Below, one piece after another: positions 50,422 to 59,902 of a stretch of DNA of 64,000 nt. Made by a program: the position numbers and the translations under genes. Numbering within the stretch: the first letter of the stretch is position 1; the number at the start of each line of letters is the position of its first letter. This stretch comes from Ostreococcus lucimarinus (lineage: Eukaryota), in the NCBI GenBank assembly GCA_000092065.1, contig CP000588.1; one strand, 5' to 3'. Under the pieces are notes generated by a model. The model was given only the letters and a program-made list of their open reading frames with translations, did not search any database and had not been told where the DNA came from.

Positions 50422-51864
50422 ATGGCGCTCGCGGCGCGCGCGACGATCGGCGCGACGCGGTGGACGAACGAGCGGACGATGACGAGTCGCGGACGCGCGC
50501 GCGCGAGCGATCGTCGCGCGCGGGGCGCGGTGGTGGCTTCGGGGAAGATTGATTTCACGGACGCTGGGTGTTTCGAGCTGCCGTACGCGCCGGTGGCGGA
50601 GGCGTTGCTTCCGGAGGGGCCGTGGAAGGTTGTCGAAGGCGGCGTGTGCGCGGCGAAGGGATTTAAAGTCGCGGGATATAAGGCGGGATTGCGCGCCAAG
50701 GGCACGCGCGCCGACTGCGCGCTCATCGTCGCGGACGAAGACGCGACGTGCGCGGGGATTTTTACGACAAACATCATGTGCGCCGCGCCGGTGACGTACT
50801 GTAAGAAACAGTTGGCGGGGAAACCGACGGCGCGAGCGCTGTTGATCAACGCTGCACAAGCGAACGCCGCAACAGGTGATCAGGGCGCTGCGGACGCGCA
50901 AGCGACCGCGGAGGAGTTGTCGAAATCCCTCGGCGTCGCCGAGGAGGACATTTTACTCATGTCCACGGGCGTCATTGGCAAGCGAATTAAGCTGGACAAA
51001 CTCATGCCAGCGATTCCGATTTTGTCCGCGAACGTGGAAAGTAGTACTGCGGCGGCAAACGCGGCGGCGACCGCGATATGCACCACCGATCTCGTGCGAA
51101 AGACGGTCGCGATTGAAGTGCAAATTGGCGGTAAAACCGTTTGCATGGGCGGCATGGCCAAGGGGAGCGGGATGATTCATCCAAATATGGCGACCATGCT
51201 CGGCGTAGTGACGTGCGATGCGGACGTGACGCCCGAAGTTTGGCGTAACATCACCTCCCGCGCCGGGGCGGCGTCTTTCAATCAAATCTCCGTCGATGGC
51301 GATACGAGCACGAACGATTCTTTGGTGTGTTTCGCCAGTGGCAAAGCCGGCAACGCCAAAATCACGAGCGTCGATTCTGCCGAAGGCAAGCTTCTCGAAC
51401 AAGCACTCACCGCGGTCTGCCGCGGTCTCGCCAAAGCCATCGCTTGGGACGGTGAAGGTGCGACGTGTTTGATCGAGTGCAACGTCTCTGGAGCCGCAGA
51501 CGACGAAGACGCGCGCGTCATTGCGCGTTCCGTCGTCTGTTCCTCGCTCGCTAAGGCAGCCATCTTCGGACACGATCCAAACTGGGGGCGATTGGCTTGC
51601 GCTGCGGGGTACGCCGCGCCGGTGAAGAACAGATTCGATCAAAATGATCTCAAGCTCTCACTCGGCCCGCACCAGCTCATGGATAAAGGTCAACCGCTCG
51701 ATTTCGACGCCGTCGCCGCCAGCCGATACCTCAAGGAAGTCACCGGCGTTCACGGCACGTGCGTCGTCGACATCTCCGTCGGCAACGGATCTGGCCGAGG
51801 CCAAGCCTGGGGCTGCGACTTATCGTACGATTACGTCAAAATCAACGCCGAATACACGACGTAG
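50422..51864 (+). CDS. argJ: Glutamate N-acetyltransferase / amino-acid acetyltransferase ArgJ (plastid-type, with presequence).
   Basis: ArgJ signature, including the autocatalytic NMATMLGVVTCDA threonine site and collinear N- and C-terminal domains. Confidence 0.9.
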   Translation: MALAARATIGATRWTNERTMTSRGRARASDRRARGAVVASGKIDFTDAGCFELPYAPVAEALLPEGPWKVVEGGVCAAKGFKVAGYKAGLRAKGTRADCALIVADEDATCAGIFTTNIMCAAPVTYCKKQLAGKPTARALLINAAQANAATGDQGAADAQATAEELSKSLGVAEEDILLMSTGVIGKRIKLDKLMPAIPILSANVESSTAAANAAATAICTTDLVRKTVAIEVQIGGKTVCMGGMAKGSGMIHPNMATMLGVVTCDADVTPEVWRNITSRAGAASFNQISVDGDTSTNDSLVCFASGKAGNAKITSVDSAEGKLLEQALTAVCRGLAKAIAWDGEGATCLIECNVSGAADDEDARVIARSVVCSSLAKAAIFGHDPNWGRLACAAGYAAPVKNRFDQNDLKLSLGPHQLMDKGQPLDFDAVAASRYLKEVTGVHGTCVVDISVGNGSGRGQAWGCDLSYDYVKINAEYTT

Positions 51865-52007
51865 GTAGCATCGTTCGTTCACGACTCGCTCGTGACAGTT
51901 TTTAATCCAAAGCCGAAACGATTTTTGAGCTCGTCGCTCTCGCACTGCACGCGTCCGAGCCGCTCGCGACCGCACCATTACGCGTCGCGATCGCGTTCGC
52001 GCGCGCG

Positions 52008-53648
52008 ATGGCGCCTAGGCCGCGGGCGACGATCACTTTCTACAACGAGCGATGCCAAATCGCGTCCGCGAGCGACGTCGGCGACGCGTCGTCGTCTAAA
52101 CGTGGCGCTTCGCGCGGCGGCTCGCTCATCCCGCTGCCACTGCTCGAACGACGTCCGGGCGCTTCCAGAGCGACGCTGCGGTACGCATGCGTGGACGGCA
52201 AGCTGCGCGTGATGCGATTGAACGAGTACGACGACGCCGAACGCGGGAACGGAGGGCAAAGGATGGACAAGGCGCTGCGGGACGCCGCGCGACGGTGCGT
52301 CGAACGCGCGCAGCACGCGTTGCTTCCGGAACCGTCGAGCGTGACGAACGATTACTGGGAGTACGCCAAGTTTAGGTTCGCGCAACGCATCGCGTCAAGC
52401 TGTATTTCGGTGTTCGCGACGCAGCAAATGCTCACGGCGGTCGGATTGGGGGCGAGTCGCACGCTGCCGGCGGCGGCGGCGGTGAACTGGGTATTGAAGG
52501 ATGGTTTAGGACGTTTGGGGAAACTCTCGGTGGCGGCAAACTTTGGGAGAACGTTCGATAGTGACGTGAAACGGTTCCGATTCACATCGAGCGTCGTATA
52601 CGACGCGAGCTCGTTCATAGAGATTATCACTCCGTACTTTCCGCAGCACTTCTTACCCTTGGCGACGGTGGCAAACATTGGAAAGTCAGTCGGTATCACC
52701 ACGGCGAACGTCGTTCGCGCGCCCATACAGAGAACATTCATTCTGGAGGAAAACTTGGCCGAAGTCGCGGCGAAGACGAGCGCACAGCAAGTATTGGCGG
52801 ATAACATCGGCTTGGCTCTTGCTGTCGGCGCCGCCAAGGCGGTTTCCAAAGTCGCCACAGTGAGACCCGAGATTCGACGCGCGTTGCCCGTCTTCGCGTT
52901 CGGGCCTCTTGCCGCGCTCGACTTGATTTGCATCTACAAGGAACTCAAAGCGGTCCAGCTGCGAACCATCAATAAGGAGCGCGCTGAGATCATCGCCGAG
53001 GCTTTCGTGAAGGAACGCGAAATTCCGAGCAGAGCACACGTCGCTGACGCCGAAAGGTTATTTATACCGGCTCGCTTGGATAAATCCAACCTGCCATTAT
53101 CCGTAACTTCTATTGGCGAGGCGTGCCCCACGCCAAAGTCGCTCATCAACGCTCTGTCGAGTAAAAAAGGACGCGGCGCGGCGCGACCATACATCTTAGC
53201 GTATGAACCTGGTGCGTCAAAAAAGCGCGTCATCCTGAACGGGCGAAGGATCAGCGCTCCGAAGCAGCGAGCGAACGGAAGGCAAAAGAATGGAAGGAAG
53301 TTCAGATTCCCTTGGCACCGCAAGCGAACGGGTCTGAAAGGTCGTGCTTTACTCGCTTTGAGTGACAAAGCTTCAAGTAAGGATGTCTTGTGTGCAATTC
53401 TTCAGGTCGCGCACATGCGTTCGTTGCCTTATCGACCAGACTTGACCGCCGATGAGGCTTACGTGTGGGCTCTACAGGAATCCGAAACCTTAGCCAGGCG
53501 CGACATTGACGGATTCACCGCTGATTTGAGCAAACAAGGCTGGAATCACGAGCGCATACTTCTCAGTTCAGCCGAGCGTGCGCCGTACTCTGTCAACAAT
53601 GTGCCAGCGCTTCTCGACGCACTCCGCGCGAGCGAGCGCGATTCTTAG
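52008..53648 (+). CDS. DUF647 / ROOT UV-B SENSITIVE (RUS) family protein.
   Basis: Family core: ASSCISVFATQQMLTAVGLGASR...AAAVNWVLKDGLGRLGKL...FDSDVKRFRF...PYFPQHFLPLATVANIGKSV...NLAEVAAKTSAQQ. Confidence 0.7.
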   Translation: MAPRPRATITFYNERCQIASASDVGDASSSKRGASRGGSLIPLPLLERRPGASRATLRYACVDGKLRVMRLNEYDDAERGNGGQRMDKALRDAARRCVERAQHALLPEPSSVTNDYWEYAKFRFAQRIASSCISVFATQQMLTAVGLGASRTLPAAAAVNWVLKDGLGRLGKLSVAANFGRTFDSDVKRFRFTSSVVYDASSFIEIITPYFPQHFLPLATVANIGKSVGITTANVVRAPIQRTFILEENLAEVAAKTSAQQVLADNIGLALAVGAAKAVSKVATVRPEIRRALPVFAFGPLAALDLICIYKELKAVQLRTINKERAEIIAEAFVKEREIPSRAHVADAERLFIPARLDKSNLPLSVTSIGEACPTPKSLINALSSKKGRGAARPYILAYEPGASKKRVILNGRRISAPKQRANGRQKNGRKFRFPWHRKRTGLKGRALLALSDKASSKDVLCAILQVAHMRSLPYRPDLTADEAYVWALQESETLARRDIDGFTADLSKQGWNHERILLSSAERAPYSVNNVPALLDALRASERDS

Positions 53649-53787
53649 CAATAGAGTTGTAGTAAACTTTTGAAACGATTCGAAACGCGTTGGATTCGAA
53701 GCGCAGTAACGTGCATCTACTTCGCTTCCTGTCCGCGAGTTTGCGTGTGGTTCGATTCGCGCCGTTCGCCTCGGCCGACACCAGACC

Positions 53788-54057
53788 ATGGCGCCAAATG
53801 ACGAAGCCGTGCGCGAGGCTGCGAAAGCCGAGTGTCTCGACGCCGCCTTCTGGGGTGGCGTGCGCGGTGCGACGTACGGTCTCGCCGCGTCTGTTCCGAC
53901 CGTATTCGCGTTGAACCATCAGTTTCTCACCATCCGTCGCTTGACGGTTTCGGCGAAGACGGCGCTCATCGTCAGCCCGTTCTTCCTCGGGTTCTTTTTG
54001 AACAGTGAGTTAGAGCTTCATAGATGCGTGTTGAAACAGCGCGGGATCGAGCACTGA
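53788..54057 (+). CDS. Small two-helix membrane protein (89 aa), hypothetical.
   Basis: ATG-initiated ORF in an otherwise empty 0.5-kb gap. Two hydrophobic segments. No family recognised. Confidence 0.3.
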   Translation: MAPNDEAVREAAKAECLDAAFWGGVRGATYGLAASVPTVFALNHQFLTIRRLTVSAKTALIVSPFFLGFFLNSELELHRCVLKQRGIEH

Positions 54058-54186
54058 TCTGTTCGGGGCTCGCTTGAAGGTGATGTCGCAGATGACGAGT
54101 GAGACGCCTGGGACGTCGAGCGTTGTAGAGTTTTATAGAGTGGGATATGACCTTAGAATGTGTAACAAAAACTACTAATTCGTGAT

Positions 54187-55497
54187 TTAATTCGGCACCA
54201 AGTCGAGACCAGGTCTAGCGCACCCGCCGAGGAACGGATCGTCGAACGTAAAGTCGAACGCCGGGTGGTGGAATCGAACGCCACCGAGTTTCGGGCTCGG
54301 TTCGATGTCGTCGAGAAGTACTTTTTGCTTGTTCGTTAATCTGAACGTGCGAGCCTTCAAACATTCCGCGAGTGCGACCGGTGAAGTGGCATTAATGATG
54401 CACGGCACACCGCGCTGAATGGACCAACGCGTGAGCAGAGCTTCGGCGCTCTGAGGGTTCTTGGCGTCGGCGCACGCTTCGACGAGCTTGGCGTGCTTGG
54501 TGAGTTGCTCGTCACCGTTTGCGAGCGAAGTATGGGCGACGACCGTGAGACCATATCGTCGACAGACGCCGACAAGCTTGCGCTGCGCCAAAAGTGGGTG
54601 TAACTCGACCTCATTGACCGCAGGTTTTACGGTACAGTGCTTCATCAAACGCTCCACCGCGGGCACCGAAAAGTTGGCGACGCCGAGCGCTTTCACTTTG
54701 CCAGCCGCCACGCAATTCTCCATCGCGGTCCACGTCGCTTCCAAACTTCCTTCGGAGTCCACTTCGGTGGTTCCAGCCTTGTGCTGCACCGGCCACTCGA
54801 TGGAGAACAAATCCAAATAATCCGTTCCCAACGCGGCGAGAATCGTCGCGAGCGCGCCTTCAACGTTAGCGTGCTCGTCGGGGCGCAACTTGGCACTGAC
54901 GAACACGCTCTCGCGCGCGCCGTGCGCAGCAATCGCCTTACCAGCTTCAGTGAGCGCCGCATCGTTCGAAGATCCGCATCGAACGTGCTTGACCCCATTC
55001 TCCAATCCAAATTTCGCCGCGCTCGAATCGCACCCCACCGTCGGCAGTCGTCCGCCGCCGACTACCGGCACATCCTTCGCCTCTTTCGCCGCATCGAACA
55101 CATCCTCCTCGGGTTCCTTGACGTAATACGGCGTTCCAGGCGCAGGCTTATTCGGATCACCTCTCGGCGCCGGTCCATCCCACACCGCCGTCGGGCGTCG
55201 CTGCGCGCCCCAGTTTTGCCCCGGCGGCGCCGACGCCCCTCCGCCTCGTCCCATCGCTTCCATCTGCGCTCGCGTCGGCGGATACGCCGGCAGCGTGGGA
55301 TTATATCCATTCACGTATCCGCTCACGCTGTACCCACCGTACGCGGGCGCTCGCGCGTTCGCGTTCGCGTCGTGTCCCGAGTTTGCGTTTCGGGACGATG
55401 GACAAAAAGCCCACGACTTTTGCGCGCTTCCCGCGCCGTGGCCGGCGAATTCCTTCTTCATGAACCGCTCCAGCGGTTGACATCCATCGCTCGCCAT
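54187..55497 (-). CDS. Aldo/keto reductase with a Gly/Pro-rich N-terminal extension.
   Basis: The C-terminal ~300 aa are collinear with the AKR fold: cofactor-binding and active-site blocks LGTDYLDLFSIEWP, ANFSVPAVERLM and INATSPVALAECL. Confidence 0.8.
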   Translation of the reverse strand: MASDGCQPLERFMKKEFAGHGAGSAQKSWAFCPSSRNANSGHDANANARAPAYGGYSVSGYVNGYNPTLPAYPPTRAQMEAMGRGGGASAPPGQNWGAQRRPTAVWDGPAPRGDPNKPAPGTPYYVKEPEEDVFDAAKEAKDVPVVGGGRLPTVGCDSSAAKFGLENGVKHVRCGSSNDAALTEAGKAIAAHGARESVFVSAKLRPDEHANVEGALATILAALGTDYLDLFSIEWPVQHKAGTTEVDSEGSLEATWTAMENCVAAGKVKALGVANFSVPAVERLMKHCTVKPAVNEVELHPLLAQRKLVGVCRRYGLTVVAHTSLANGDEQLTKHAKLVEACADAKNPQSAEALLTRWSIQRGVPCIINATSPVALAECLKARTFRLTNKQKVLLDDIEPSPKLGGVRFHHPAFDFTFDDPFLGGCARPGLDLVPN

Positions 55498-55710
55498 CGC
55501 GCGCGTCGTCGCTCGCGGTGTCGAGCGCGAGATTCGGCGAAAGTCGTCGAGTGACGCGCCGGTCGCGTCGTGACGTCGGGAGTGACGTCAGATTTAGAGA
55601 GGAGGCGGCGCGCGCGGTCCGACGAAGAGATCTCGCGCGATGCGCGCGAGCGACGGACGGTAAAGGATGCGAGTGATGGTGGATGATTAAAATCGTCACG
55701 GTTACGATGA

Positions 55711-56781
55711 CTAGTCCTCGATTTCGACGGTTTCGTCGTTGATTTGGTTGAGGTACAAATCGTAGTAGCGACCGGCGTTTTCTAAGTCGCCGAGCTCGGT
55801 GTAGAGATCCGCGATGGCGCCGAGGGCATCCATGTCCCCAGTGTTGTCGTCTAACTGCTGCGAAATGTTTAACACTTCCTTTAAGTCGGCGATGGCGCCG
55901 ACGCGGTCGCCGAGCTGACGCTTGGCGGCACCGAGACCTCGCGTAGCGCGGCGCACAGAGACCAAGTCACCGGTGACGCGCGCCAACATCAAAGACTTCT
56001 TAAATGCATTCAATGCGGCCGCGAATTCGTCGGCCCGCAAAAGCTTACGTCCCTCACGAAGAGCAAGCTTGAGCTCTTTCATGTCTTCCGACAGCGTGTC
56101 CCAGTCGTCTACGCTGGACATCGTGGCCGCGGCGGCTTTTGCCGCGCCCCCCCTGGCAGCTTCCAAAACCGACGCGTCGGTGCCCATGGAAGCTCTCGAC
56201 GTCGACATCAAACTCGCGTTAATCTTACGCAGCTTATCGTTCAACATCGTAATCTCCTCCTTCTTCTGATTCGCGGAAATCCCGCTCGCCACCGCACCCG
56301 CTAAAGCAACAAACTCTGTGATGCCGACGATGTCGATGCCAAACGGCGTCACGCACAGCGTCTTCCCCGCCAGCACTTGTTGTCTCGACTGCGCCTCACT
56401 CTCCTCCCGGAACTTGTTCAACTCTTCTTGCGCTTCACCTTCCTTCTCCCGTCTCAATTCCAACGCCTTCGCCTCCTCCGCTCGCAATTCACGATACAAC
56501 GCGTCGATGCGTTCGCGCGACTTCGCCTCCTCCTCCAGGCGTTTGGCCAAGAGTTCCTCCCCTGGTCCTTTCACCGCGCGCGCCGCGTCCGCGCCGAGCG
56601 TCATCGCCCCGAGCGTCACCGACGCGCTCAGGAGCGCCATCCGTCGTCCGCGTCGAGTTTCGTCGACGTTCGCGTCGTCTCTCGCCGTCGCCGTCGTCGT
56701 CGTCGTTTGGATCTTTTGCGTCTTTTGCGTCGTCGACGCGCGCACGACGGCGCTCAGCGACGCGCGCGAGGTGGCGAACAT
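55711..56781 (-). CDS. FLU: FLU (FLUORESCENT IN BLUE LIGHT)-like TPR protein, a tetrapyrrole-synthesis regulator.
   Basis: TM helix, coiled coil (ITMLNDKLRKINASL resembles FLU LQRLNEQLRQINAAL) and C-terminal TPRs. ATRGLGAAKRQLGDRVGAI and GAIADLYTELGDLENAGRYYDLYLNQINDE closely match Arabidopsis FLU AARGLGASLQRQGKYREAI and GAIADCYTELGDLEKAGKFYDTYIARLETD. Confidence 0.7.
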   Translation of the reverse strand: MFATSRASLSAVVRASTTQKTQKIQTTTTTATARDDANVDETRRGRRMALLSASVTLGAMTLGADAARAVKGPGEELLAKRLEEEAKSRERIDALYRELRAEEAKALELRREKEGEAQEELNKFREESEAQSRQQVLAGKTLCVTPFGIDIVGITEFVALAGAVASGISANQKKEEITMLNDKLRKINASLMSTSRASMGTDASVLEAARGGAAKAAAATMSSVDDWDTLSEDMKELKLALREGRKLLRADEFAAALNAFKKSLMLARVTGDLVSVRRATRGLGAAKRQLGDRVGAIADLKEVLNISQQLDDNTGDMDALGAIADLYTELGDLENAGRYYDLYLNQINDETVEIED

Positions 56782-57026
56782 GGCGATGCGCGCGCGTTAG
56801 TTGACGGACGTCGTCGTCGCGCGCGGCGGACGCGCGTGCGCTCTGAAGTCGCGCGCGTGCGCGATAAAGTGACGTACGCGGGCGGCGCCTTTGGATAAAG
56901 CTCGGCGCGCGCGGGACGGGACGACGGGACGGGTCGCGTTTGGTCGCTTGTGTTGTATTCATGAATTGGTGGGGAGCGCGCGAAGGCACACGCGCGATGC
57001 CGCGATTAAATGCTACCGGGCTCGGC

Positions 57027-57926
57027 TCAGGCGTCGTCGCGAGACTTGCGAAGAGCCTCGAGCTCGCTCTCGATGGCCTCGCTCACGGGACGGCCCTCGG
57101 GGAGGGCACCCTTGGAGCTGGCGCCGGGGAGGGATTTCTTCAAAGCTGCGAGTTCGTCGTCGACGCCGCCAGCCTCCAAAGCCTTGAACTGGGCCTCGAG
57201 GTTGTCGGGAGCGGCGAACACGCCCATGGCTTCGGCCTCAGCCTCCATGCCGAGCACCTTTTCTTCCATGCGCTCGAACGCGCCGAGCGCGGACGACGTC
57301 GACACTCCGCTCACCATATCGCTCACCGCTTTGTTCGTCTTCGCGCTCGCCGCGCGCGCCTTCAACGTATCCTTCTTACTCTTCGCCTCCGCCATCTTGC
57401 CCTCGAGCAAGCGCGTATTCGCGATCAATTTATCCACCGCTTCGCTCTGCGCGTCCAGGTTCGCCTTCATCGATTCGGCGTTCTCCGCGTACGACTTTCG
57501 TCTCGTCAGCGCTTCTCTCGCCAGGTCCTCGTCGCCTTTCTCCATCGCCAACTGCGCGCGCTTATACCAATCATCAGCCGCCTTCGTCGCCGCGTTATAC
57601 TTCGTCTCAAGCTGTTTCTGCGACGCCATCACCTGCGCCGTCGCCTGCCGCATCTTGATCAAATCCCCCTGCATCTCATTCACCGTCTGATCGAGAATCT
57701 TCTCCGGGTCTTCCGCCGCCGTGATCAGCGAGTTGGCGTACGACGAGATCACGCGCGTGAACCGGCTGAACAGGTTCGCGCGCGTCACCACGGCGCCTCG
57801 CGCGCGACGCGGCGCGCGCGCGGCGCACGAGATCGCACGATCTCGACGACGAAGCGTCGACGCGCCGTCTCGAAACGACGACGCCGTCAGCGCGGACGCG
57901 CGCGGCGCGGCGCGCGCGAGCGACAT
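57027..57926 (-). CDS. VIPP1: VIPP1/PspA (IM30) membrane-remodelling protein with presequence.
   Basis: PspA/VIPP1 helical core ([50 protein letters not shown]...) preceded by an Arg/Ala/Ser-rich transit-like peptide. A start was chosen at MSLARAAP; the listed ORF extends to 58028. Confidence 0.85.
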   Translation of the reverse strand: MSLARAAPRASALTASSFRDGASTLRRRDRAISCAARAPRRARGAVVTRANLFSRFTRVISSYANSLITAAEDPEKILDQTVNEMQGDLIKMRQATAQVMASQKQLETKYNAATKAADDWYKRAQLAMEKGDEDLAREALTRRKSYAENAESMKANLDAQSEAVDKLIANTRLLEGKMAEAKSKKDTLKARAASAKTNKAVSDMVSGVSTSSALGAFERMEEKVLGMEAEAEAMGVFAAPDNLEAQFKALEAGGVDDELAALKKSLPGASSKGALPEGRPVSEAIESELEALRKSRDDA

Positions 57927-58046
57927 GGCGCGATGCGATGCGATGCGATGCGATGCGCGCCGTCGCGTGCGCGCGGTGCGTCGCGCTCGGATTCGCGCGC
58001 GGCGGAGTGCGGGCGCGGACGACGGCACAGCGCGGCGCGCGCGGCG

Positions 58047-58189
58047 ATGAGCGCGCGACAGCTTCGCGCGGCGCGGCGTCGCGAGGACGCGATCGCGGGC
58101 GTCGACGACGACGCGTCGGGGGCGGAGAGCGAGGACGCGGGCGCGGGCGCGGCGACGCGGGCGGGGAATCCGTTCGCCGCGCTGTTGGG

Positions 58190-58228
<39 letters not shown>

Positions 58229-59792
58229 GACGCGGGCGGCGGCGGAACCGACGCGGGAACCGACGCGGGAACCGACGAAGAAGGCGCGGAGGCGCGGAGG
58301 GAAGAAACGGGCGGGCAAGAGGGACGGCGGGGGGAGCGATGATGAATTTGACGCGCTCGTGCGAGAGGTGACGGGGCTGGACGTGTCGTCGGCGGCGGCG
58401 GAGAACGCGACGGTGAGTCGAGGGAAGAGCGGCGCGAAGGCGGCGTCGAGTTTGCTGTGCGTCGATATGCGCAATATGAAGGCGGAGGATGAGCTTAAAC
58501 GCATATTCGGTGGTAAAGTCATCAGCGCCGTGGAGGCGGAGGAGGTCGGTAGGCTAGGAGGGAGGACGGCGGCGTTTCGAGCAAAGCTGCAGCGGCGGTG
58601 CACGTTTAGCGCGTATCGCGACCAGTGGTCGACGTATCGAAGTGGGGGGTTGTATATGGTGACTTCTGGCGTCGTCGATGCCGAATCTGGGATGTCTGAC
58701 TTCTCTTTCGCTTGGAAAGATGACTACGCGCAGGCAAACTTTGACTTTGAAATCGCCGTCGGTTCGCACGACCCCAACCGGTTATTTAGTTTGTTGAACC
58801 ACTATCCGTGGCACTTAGAAACGCTGTTGCGGATATCCGAGCTCTATCATTACAGCGGACAAGCGCAAGAAAGCTCGGAAATTCTCGAAAGATGTTTGTA
58901 CGCGTGCGAAAGAGCTTGGCATCCGAATTTCACCGCCGCGGCTTCGAGTGGGCTTGCGCACTTGGATGCGTCGCAACCTGAAAACAAACCGATGTTCGAG
59001 GCACTGTTTCGGCACGTCATCGCGCTCACTCGTCGTGGATGTCACAAAACTGCGTTGGAATGCGCGAAACTATGCCTCGGATTGGACCACACTGACCCGA
59101 AAGGCATGCTACACATGATTTCGTACTTTGCACTCCGAAGCGGGGAAGAAGAGTGGTTGCTCAGATTTGTCGAAGATTTCGGGCACAAGCGTTGGGTCGG
59201 TGGGAAATGGGAATTGCATGGTAGCTTGCTCAACTTCCCAGACTTTGCATACAGCAAAGCCATGGCTCTGTACACCATCGCCGACGACATCAAAGTCGCT
59301 GATGCCGAGCTGTTGAAGGCGATGCTTACATATCCGTATGCCCTCACCGCGACACTCATGCGTCTCGAAGCCGCCGTCTCGAGCGACAAAGATTGGAAAG
59401 AAATCCTCGCGCATGAGCATTTCGATTTTTCCAACTGCGCGCTCGACTCCAGAAGTCTCGAACACGTGAGCGACATTTTCGCCACCCGCCACCATCTACT
59501 TTGGCGTCCAGATCCCATCTTACATTGGGCCAAGCGCGTCGCTCGCAGCGCTATCCAGCTCGTGGATTCCATGAAGCCCTCAGACATGATTGACGGACTG
59601 ACGGCTGCCGAATTCGTGACGATTTCCCTTCAAAACTGGCCCGCGAGTGAAGAAAATGATTTCACCCATCTCGTAGACGACGATTTCACCGACGTCGTCA
59701 AGCGCGCCCTTCCCGAGGACGATCCCTTGGCTGCGCGCGGACCAAACGACCCGGATCATTTCTCCGACGACGACGACGGGGACGAATTTTAG
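58047..59792 (+). CDS. TCF25/Rqc1 (ribosome quality-control complex subunit) homolog.
   Basis: Starts [14 protein letters not shown], like TCF25 MSRRALRRLR. DUF654 blocks include [35 protein letters not shown] and [25 protein letters not shown]. The 950-aa listed ORF's first 369 codons are antisense to VIPP1. Confidence 0.7.
58191..58229. repeat. (GACGAG)n microsatellite encoding a (DE)n acidic tract within TCF25.
   Basis: gacgaggacgaggacgaggacgaggacgag... is directly visible. Confidence 0.85.
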
Positions 59793-59902
59793 CTTTTAGC
59801 CTAGCGTTCATTCATTCGTGCTGCAAACCGTCGCGTCGATATTTCAACCGAGTCGACGTTGAAACCCTCAAGTGGTCCGCCGCATTCGCCGACGCCCGCG
59901 AC

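Noticed and set aside
49674-50901. Minus-strand ORFs of 391 and 331 aa around the LSm7/ArgJ promoter.
   Set aside because: Only the 100-aa LSm7 frame (49721..50023) has a recognisable Sm fold. The longer frames are GC-driven read-through with Arg/Ala/Gly-rich nonsense.
56940-58046. N-terminal 369 codons of the listed 950-aa plus ORF.
   Set aside because: This part is antisense to VIPP1 and low complexity. TCF25/Rqc1 homology and the characteristic MS.RQLR start begin at the ATG at 58047.
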